This document shows, in pieces, positions 55,188 through 64,000 of a stretch of 64,000 bases of DNA. The stretch is from Saccostrea echinata. Its lineage: Eukaryota. The position numbers and the translations under genes are program-made. The notes under the pieces were generated by a model that was given only the letters and a program-made list of their open reading frames with translations, did not search any database and was not told the origin of the DNA. The stretch is taken from assembly GCF_033153115.1 (NCBI RefSeq), contig NW_026889803.1:11780001-11844000 (forward strand), in the 5' to 3' direction. Each line of letters begins with the position of its first letter. The stretch's first letter is position 1.

Positions 55188-55778
55188 TCTTTTTCTACAT
55201 ACCCGGGTCAGTTTTTATTGTTATACTTTCTTGTTAATAGTCAAATTTGATTGGTTTAAAAACATTTGTTTGTATAAAGGTACTGTTACCCTAACACGTG
55301 CGTAAACCACGCACTCCGGGTAACATTTAATAGCAACGGTTTACAATGCATGACGACTGGTAACAGTATAAAAATTGTTAATTACGCAGAATGTCTGAGC
55401 GTACGTTTCACTGTGGCTTTTTTTCCTTTTAAATGCATGCTAAATACATTCAGTATAACAAAAAAATATTACATGTTTATTTAAGACGACATGTGAAATT
55501 GTTATCCCTTGAAAATTAAACCATTGCAACATCAAGCCTCGATCAGCAATTACAATTTCACATTCTAATGCAATTGTTTTGAAAAACACTTTTTGATTGG
55601 GTGATACACTAACGTTTGAGGCAGTAAAACAAGCATTAACGAGAATGAAATCTTTTCATTGTGACGTCATAGTAGAGCGACGCAAAAACACAATGCTCCA
55701 TGACGTATTCTATATAACAAATCTCAACAAAATAAGACATGGGCGTCAAACAAAATGCATATATTGCATTAGAATGGT

Positions 55779-55944
55779 AATAACTATCTTCTAATTTGGT
55801 ATTTGCGACCGTTAATGCTGATTTAACGGTCGCATCGCAAACATCCGTTTTACCGGCTCCGCTTACGCGTCGCCGGTAAAACTCAGTTTGCGACCGTTAA
55901 ATTAGCATTAACGGTCACAAATACCAAATTAGAAGATAGTTATT
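55779..55944. repeat. Near-perfect ~166-bp palindrome (fold-back element end or MITE)
   Basis: AATAACTATCTTCTAATTTGGTATTTG..GACCGTTAATGCT.. mirrored by ..AGCATTAACGGTC..CAAATACCAAATTAGAAGATAGTTATT, with an inner GTTTTACCGGC/GCCGGTAAAAC stem. Confidence 0.85.
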
Positions 55945-56217
55945 CCCTAAACATACCCTAAAAACATGTAAAATTTAATAATGTAGAATAATGACCAGGG
56001 GTCGTTTATTGACATCGAATATTCGACTAAGGTCATTATTTGTCTTTGAACCAGCGTATGTCGCGTACCAACTTTGCAATCCAAGGGTTTCTGATCCGAA
56101 CTCAATATCTTCACAAGCTAAGGTTCTTTTTTACAACAGGGTCGCGAAGATGTTCGAAAACTGGTTTTGGCAAACATTGGGCCTTGCACTGCAGAGTACA
56201 TTTTTTTTTTAATTTTC

Positions 56218-56218
<1 letters not shown>

Positions 56219-56268
<50 letters not shown>
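56219..56268. repeat. (TTA)n microsatellite
   Basis: About 16 perfect TTA units. Confidence 0.95.
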
Positions 56269-57019
56269 TCTTAAATATTTATTTTTTGTCTTTAATTTTT
56301 TAATTGATTTATTTTTTCTGCTGATAGAATTCTCATTCTGTTTTAACAAGTTCAGGACTTTTTTTATTTAAGTTTTTGCAGGAAATAAATTAATAAGGGC
56401 CTCTGTCTTCTCTCCAATTCTACTTATAATTCTGTTGTGTTTGCACGTGATTTCATTACATAAAAATTGTTTTGATTCTTTCAGTTGTTCAAAAACTTCG
56501 TGTACACTGTATAATTTATGAATAGTCTTAAAATATGATACATCGAAATATTCCGGCCAAAACCAAAAATATCACCCTCTATAGATAACATATCATATAA
56601 TTTTTTCGATTAAAAAAGATCGAAGATTGTTGTAACTTTGGAAACAGAAATTCCATCCAATATTCTCTATGCTGCAGTAAGGCTTGGAGGATAAATTTCT
56701 TTCTTAAACTTAATTATGATGGAAATAAAAACTAATTTGTATCACTCTTATGACTGTATATGCAATTTGTCTCTCCTGTAATGGTAAAAGTAAGACAGCG
56801 TCCACATTTTTTTTAAATTGCATCTTGAACACAGGATGAATATGCATTTTTTGCTTCTGTAGACCACATGTTCGTGTTTCACACAAACCACTCAAATAAA
56901 CCGCCTGGCTGCGATTTAGAGTATCTCTTCCCCACAGATATGGTAATTCCCAGCCCCCAAAGAAAGGACAGTTATCAATAAGTGTTTTCAAGACCTTGCT
57001 TATACTTGCACTCTGTTAT

Positions 57020-57270
57020 GATGAAATATGAAGATAACGAACAGTAATCAAGCTGAAAAATCATTGGAACAATACAACTGGGAGCAGAGCAAATACAGAC
57101 CTCTAAAAAAGTCAAAGGTTGGGTCAGGTTTCATGGGGGAGTAAGCATCCCCTGTCGACCGGTTTCATCCGCCGTGTGCTCCTTATCATGATCGGGAAAA
57201 CGGAAAAATGGCCTAACAATTTGTGTGAAAAAGGTCAGTCAACATTTGACTTAACGATATGCTGTATTTG

Positions 57271-57307
<37 letters not shown>

Positions 57308-59235
57308 CCATTGTATCGACCATAGAATTTGCAAAATGTTGACTTTAAAAGAGACTGTTGATATCCTAGTATAATCAACTTATTTGTCGATAGCTTGCCT
57401 CGTTTTAGAAAATGTTCATATGTAGAACACTTTCTTGCGTATCAAATCAACTGGGATACATAAACTCCATAGGTAGGTAATAATGGTATATTGCTACATA
57501 GATAATAAAAGTTGAAGTCATCATGTTTATCATGAAGTTTTGTTGTTTTTTTTGCCATCAATATCTTTCTCTAATAAAATATCCAAATATGAAACAGATG
57601 TGTCGGACTCCTCGGTGTCTTTAATTTTGAGTTCAATGGGATATATCGAATCAACGTGGAAATGAATATGAATACTCATGTCGAATTGAAGGCCACAGCA
57701 AGATACTTCTTTTCGTATAGGAATTTTTAATAAATTCTGCTTAACAAGAGTACAAAATAGGGTCTGCTAGTAACGGAGCGCAATTAGTACCCACAGGTAT
57801 TCCAACAGATTGTTTTAAGACTTGATCTTCAAAAACTACATAACATATTGTCAATCAGAAACCGAGGCACCTTTTTAATATCAACTTCGGAGTACTTGTT
57901 TGTAGTATCAGAATGTTGAATTTTTAACAAAATAATTTGGCAGATGACTAATAACAAAGTATGCTTATTTACGATTTCCATTTTTGTTGAAAAAGCAGTT
58001 GTCTTTGATGTCAAAAAGCCTGGACTTTAATTTATTGTAGGGAATGGTTATATTAAAAAAAGTTAAAAAGTCGTATGTTTTGATATTATTGATTTTGGTA
58101 AAATTTTGTGATTCAATTTTTCCAAAAGTTCCTTGGAGTTTTTTTAGTTTCTACATCCGATTAACACCACTTCTTAAATATGTTGTTGTACAGTACTCCT
58201 GAAGTTTCTCCTTCACTACTGTTAATATTTTGTCGAGGAGTAAAGAAAGATGTATGTTAGAACATTTACTAGAACCCGCTATGTATCTTTATTTCTAAAG
58301 ATTTTTACGTAGTTTAGGAATCCTTTATAAGTAAGGTTATTCAAATTCAATTTGATTGTTGGGAATATTAAAAATATTTAAAACTGACATATCATTTTGA
58401 AGTATATCCTCCCTAGAAAGGAAATTATTAGTATACTTTGGATTACCACTTGCAAAATTAAATCCAAGTTCCTCTAAAATACAATTATAATAATAAGCCA
58501 TGCAAACAAAGACAATGCTATTACCTGCTTTGTCAGCTGAGATCAGTACATATTGATCGTGTGGTGTATCTAATTCCTTTTTCACTTCTGAATTATTGAA
58601 GACAGAAGGATAGATGGTTTTCATATCAATCTGATACTTTTAATCCATTCTGACAAAGTATCAAAGTCATCTTTTTCATATTTGGCCTATCGCCTGGAGT
58701 AATTTTCGACAGAATTCATAATATTTGAAATTTGACGCCAGTTTAAAGATTGGGGTTCCCAAACTTTTGGTCCTTTTAAAAAGGTGATTTAAGGTCCTCA
58801 TTATTTACTATTTTCAAGTCACCAGTAATGACGTGTCCAGAAGGACTATAGTTGTAGGGAGAAGAACATGAACACATAGGAGGATTATGTTTCATGTGTT
58901 CGATATCTAGGCATTGTAGAAGTTATTCTTATTTATTTATTATTTTTTCAATTTATGTATTTTTATTTATTTATTTTATTTTATTTTTTTTTGGGGGGGG
59001 GGTAAATGAAAAATTTAGAAGCAATATTCATTGAATATTTATAGGAAATACAAGGTGTGGACTTCAACTTGAAATATGGTAGAATACAAAACTCTATCCT
59101 TTTGTGATTAAGAATATTACTACTATTTACTGCATCAGTTCCTTGTTGGCAAATTTAAGTCCAAGGCACGAAAGGCTTCTCGAGCAGTATTCCCTTCCGT
59201 AAAATGTGGCGATTTAAAAAGCTTGTGATTAGCAA
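57020..59235 (-). mobile_element. Longer decayed Naiad-type Penelope-like element
   Basis: Minus-strand remnants PPMCSCSSPYNYSPSGHVITGDL (CxC at 58874-58866), ISADKAGNSIVFVC, RT core and family 3' tail near 57020-57200. Confidence 0.8.
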
Positions 59236-59239
59236 TATT

Positions 59240-60573
59240 CGAATATTTTTAATATTCCCAACAACCAACATGAATTTGAATTACCATATCTATATTGGAT
59301 TCCAAAACTTCATAAAAATCCTTACAAATAAAGATACATAGCGGGCTCCAATAAATGTTCTACCAAGCCTCTTTCTTTACTCCTCACTAAAATATTAACA
59401 ATAGTGAATTGGTGTAAATCAGATATGGATACTTAAAAATTCCAAGGAACTTTTGGACCAAAATCAACAACATGAAAATTTACGACTTTTCAACTTTATA
59501 TACAACCATTCCCCACGATAAATTAAAGTCCAGGCTTTTTGATATCACTGACAGCTGCTTTTTCAATAGAAACGGAACTCGAAAATTTACTTACCTTGTC
59601 ATTGGTCATTTGCAAAATTATTTTGCAAAATTCTGATTGTACACACAAGTACTCTGAAGTTGATGTTAAAAAGATGCTTGAGTTTCTGATTGACAATATC
59701 TATATGATTTTTGAAGACCAGGTCTTCCAACAATCTGTTGGAATTCCCATGGATACCAACTGCGCCTCGTTATTAGCAGACCTAATTTTTGTATTCATAT
59801 GAAGCAGAATTTGTTTAAAATCTTATACGTGAAAAGAAGAAAACACTTGCTGTGGCCTTCAACTCGACATTTAGATATATCGACCACGTATTGTCAATTA
59901 ACAATGGTTATTTAAATTCTTCTGTCGATAATACATATCCCAATGAGCCTGAAATAAAAGATCCCACAGAGTCTGATACATCTGTTCTATATTTCAATAT
60001 TTTACTAGAAAAAAAACGTTAATGGTAATCTAACAACCAAGCTTTATGATAAACTTGATGAGTTTAACTTTAATCGTCAACTTCCCTTACTTATGCAGCA
60101 ATATACCTTCATCACCTGCATACGGGGTTTATATCTCTCAGCTGATTCGATACGAAGAGCATCTCTACGTATGAACAATTTCTAAAGTGAGGTATGTTAT
60201 TGACAAACAAGTTGATAAAACAAGAATATCAGCAGTCTCGTTTAAAGTCGTCATTTCGTAAGTTCTATGGTAGATAAAATGACCTTGTCAGCAAATACAA
60301 TTTATCATGAAGTCAAATGTTGACTGACGTTTTTCATACTTATTGTAAGACCATTATGTACACACCGAATTGGCAACGGATATTTCCGTTATTTCCCGAT
60401 CATGACAAAGAACACACGGCGGGTGTGACCGGTCGGCAGGGGATGCTCACTCCTCCATGGCACCTGATCCCACCGCTGATGTTTCAAAGGTCCGTGTTTG
60501 CACTGCTCCAAAATTTGTATTGTTTAAAGGACTTTTGAGCTTGAATACTGTTCGTTATCTCCATACATTTCAT
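59240..60573 (+). mobile_element. Penelope-like (Naiad-type) copy, head-to-head with the previous one
   Basis: LPYLYWIPKLHKNP, GIPMDTNC, FRYIDH, family 3' tail. Confidence 0.85.
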
Positions 60574-61529
60574 TCATAATCACGGATCGATCCCAGCCTG
60601 TGTTCTGATGCAGAAGAATCCAAATATGGACTTTAATCAGTGCTAGTGTGGATTTTGGAATGAGGAAAGCTATTAGTATAGCAAGAAGTTGAATAAACAA
60701 ATCATTGCAATCGGGTGCGCTAACCTAGCAGATTATAATGTCCTTAAAATTATTTTACCACGTAAAAATACTTATAAATATGCGAAATACTGGGGTAAAA
60801 TACATCACAAACATTAAGCCGATCAATGTAGGCTTTATGAAATAACAAGAACTTGAATGATAGCATAGGCATTTAGTTAATGAAAACTAAACGATGATTT
60901 TCTAAGTCATATATAACAGAATGTCGCTTAAAACAATGGATCACTAAAGCAGGTTTGGCTATATAAACCGTTTTAAATGATTTTGCTCATGTCCTTGGCG
61001 GTTGTGAATATTATTGATGATAGTGGAATATTTTATGCCATAATTCTCTAAAAGTATCTCGATAATTAGTTAAAATTTTGTTTACTTCAGAAAATAAACT
61101 ATAAACAAGTTTTCAAAGTTACTAATAAATATAAATGATTTACACCTTTGACATAAGAGAATTTTCTTCAGTCAGATAATCTAGTTTAAATTATGTGCTA
61201 TTTGTTCAAATGTGTATGAATTTAAAAATTTAATTTGAATCACTGTGTACATCAGATTAAAAATTTGCAAAATAAGCAAGAAACACATCTTTATTGTGAA
61301 AAGAGTTGTTCAGAAACTTCAAAGGTTATCCTCCTGAAACTTTTCAGAAATGCAATGACGCATACCTGAAAGTTCATCCGAATTTACATCATAAATAAAA
61401 CATAGTAACATGTGTTTAGGATGTCTAATTTTAACAGTAAATACGTAAAAAAGGCTTTGTTTGTTCAAATACTGTGTGGGATCTAAAGGAACCACCGTGT
61501 ACTCCTGTCAGGTTACCATGTCCAACAAC

Positions 61530-61675
61530 AAAGTCATACACAAATTTTGTCCAATCAACACCTTTGCATCAGGAAATTTATTGTATTATTTAGCTATATA
61601 AACCCATATGGAATGCCATTCCCTACAGAGTTCCATTTCTCCTATTGGAATATTCAGTCTTCCGCTTCACCAAAG
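61530..61675 (+). promoter_or_regulatory. Promoter and non-coding exon 1, gene E
   Basis: AAAGTCATACACAAATTTTGTC, CAGGAAAT 61570, TATATAAA 61595-61602, donor GTAAGT at 61676. Confidence 0.65.
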
Positions 61676-61771
61676 GTAAGTTGATAGAATTGTGCTTTTC
61701 TTTTGCAAATTGGGGAGTACCTACCTATGATACCGTTCTTCACTGTTTCTAAGGATTTCTCTCTGTTTCAG

Positions 61772-62905
61772 ATGGCATCTCTCCTGTGCGCTCTTTCTGC
61801 TGTGTTGGCCGTATCTATGGTCAGTGCAAGAGGTTATGGTCCAGGTTGGTTTCTTTCGATGAACATTTCAATAAAATTAAGTGTCTTCTACGAAATAATA
61901 CTTTACAGCATTGAATGGAGATAAGAGACTTTTTTTCTACTTTTCATCATTGTTTGAATTGTCCATTTTTCTCTATCTAACTGGAACATTTGCTTATTTA
62001 TAGGTGGAATGGGCGGAATGATGTCGGGTGGAATAGGCGGTGGAATGATGTCAATGGGAGGCATAGGATCCATGGGCGGTAGTATGGGAGGCATTGGATC
62101 CATGATGCCAATTAGTAAAATGATGGGAAGCATGGGCGGTATTGGATCTATGGGAAGCATGGGTGGAATTGGATCTATGGGCGGAATTGGATCTATGGGT
62201 GGCATGGGTGGAATTGGATCAATGGGCAGCATGGGTGGAATCGGATCAATGGGAAGCATGGGTGGAATCGGATCTATGGGCGGAATAAGATACATGAAAT
62301 CTATGGGCGGCATTGGATCCATGGGCGGTATTGGATCTATGGGTGGCATGGGATCCATGGGCGGTATTGGATTTATGGGCGGCATGGGATCAATGGGCGG
62401 CATGGGATCAATGGGCGGCATCGGATCCATGGGTGGCATCGGTTCCATGGGCGGTATCGGATCCATGGGTGGCATGGGAGGTAAGTTATCAGGATAAATA
62501 GTATTTGGTATTACTTTCATTCTCATATTCATAATTTGAATTTGTTTACAAGTTGATTTTCTTTAAAGATAAGGAAATCTCAATTAAATAGAAAACAAAA
62601 TTATTTAAATTTGATTTGATAGTTTTGAAATAAATATGATTATTAATATTCTGTAAAAATTTTCATTACAGGCATGGGAATGAAATGTAAGTGTCATTGT
62701 TAATATATCTTTATGCATAATAATTATNNNNNNNNNNNNNNNNNNNNNNNNNNNNNNNNNNNNNNNNNNNNNNNNNNNNNNNNNNNNNNNNNNNNNNNNN
62801 NNNNNNNNNNNNNNNNNNNNNNNNNNNNNNNNNNNNNNNNNNNNNNNNNNNNNNNNNNNNNNNNNNNNNNNNNNNNNNNNNNNNNNNNNNTTAGCTGGAT
62901 ATTAA
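61772..62905 (+). CDS. Abductin-like secreted Gly/Met/Ser-rich protein E, ~191 aa
   Basis: Exons 61772-61844 (MASLLCALSAVLAVSMVSARGYGP), 62004-62480 (GG(I/M)GSM repeats), 62672-62686 (15-nt microexon GMGMK), 62895-62905 (SGY*, just after the gap); AATAAA at 62964. An extra exon inside the gap cannot be excluded. Confidence 0.8.
62728..62890. other. Assembly gap in the last intron of gene E
   Basis: Run of N. Confidence 1.
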
Positions 62906-64000
62906 TACTCTTCAACTCTCAGGGCCACCATAAACCGTTTTCATGTTTATTTTGCTTATATGTAATAAATATTTGCAGTATCAAAATGGATTTTATTTTA
63001 TATATGAACAAACTGTGGCTTAAATTATCAGTTGATGGTGGACCATCGGAAAATTGAATACAAAAAAAAATAGGAAAAACCCTTAATATAATTTTACTCA
63101 GAACAAGTGCAACAAATTCATTCTGTACTTTTGTTAATTTAATCAAAGAGTCATAATAATTTTGACAAACAGCAAAACTACTCTAACTAATTGTGACAAA
63201 TGTAAAATTCACGTTCAGCCCATATTTCATTAATAGAAATTAATTTTTTATATTTCACACAGATAGAGTATGTCATGACCTTAAAGGGAACTGATTTTGG
63301 CAATGATCATGTTGCAAACTTTGCAGTATTGAACAATCAACATGGATTTAAGAACAAGCAATACTTTGAATTCTAATTCTTACGTGTACCAGTTAAATTT
63401 CCAGAAGTATTGAGTTACTTTTAAGAGAGGATAACAGAAGTCGTTTGAAGAGGCCTTCTTCATTTATTCTGATTAATTGTTTTCCAAGTTTTCTCATTAT
63501 GAGGAAATGTAAAAATGTACAGCTAGGTGGCGAAATTTGGGCGCTGTCTCAGAAAAAGCGATAAAGACCATTTGCGTTGAACACAAATAATATGAATCTG
63601 ATGCAACCAAATAGTTAGTAACCTTCAATGAACAAAACTAATATCAGAGGAAACTTTTTCACATTATATGTTTTGAGATCCTGCATGCAAAATCACATCT
63701 GTCTTGTTAACAATTTTACATGGAGGACCACAATTCATTTTACTTTTGTCCTTTTTAAATAAAGTCTGAAGATTGTTTTATTACTAAATTGAAAAAAAAA
63801 TCAATGATTTTATTGAACGACATATGGGTTAATCTTCTAAGAAATAATCTATACTGTAACAACATTACACAAAACAACCAATTTAAGAATTATGTATCTA
63901 TACACATTTTAAAATACGTTCAACCCATTTTATGTACAGTTTAGAATTCTTAATGTTATGTTTAGTTTTGAATCATTCTTAAATAAACAAATTAATTGGT

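Noticed and set aside
56040-56303. ORF with a poly-Tyr run
   Set aside because: Translation of the (TTA)n microsatellite.

Overview
AT-rich, intron-containing eukaryotic DNA, most likely a bivalve mollusc and probably an oyster (inferred from a Helentron-type element carrying 166-bp satellite units and from bivalve-type SINEs). Reconstructing exons by hand from GT/AG sites and reading phase gives three gene blocks. (1) Two tandem 9-exon proline/hydroxyproline dehydrogenase genes (3.9-7.8 kb, 11.9-15.6 kb), both with the PRODH2-type KSIPYG motif. (2) A 6-exon minus-strand gene (17.5-21.7 kb, ~1012 aa) joining an N-terminal STAND (nSTAND3-like) NTPase to a C-terminal trypsin-fold serine protease with an apparently intact His/Asp/Ser triad. 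(3) A ~40-kb cluster (23-63 kb) of six intact genes plus one pseudogene for secreted Met-rich (mostly Met/Gly-rich) low-complexity proteins. These share a GGAAA+TATA promoter, a non-coding exon 1, a phase-1 signal-peptide exon, a repeat exon and a tiny last exon encoding Tyr; the small members resemble the scallop hinge-ligament elastomer abductin. Intergenic DNA holds six Naiad-type Penelope-like retroelement copies, tRNA-derived SINEs, MITEs, a decayed Harbinger, Helentron-type elements and two assembly gaps. Family assignments come from recalled motifs, not database searches.
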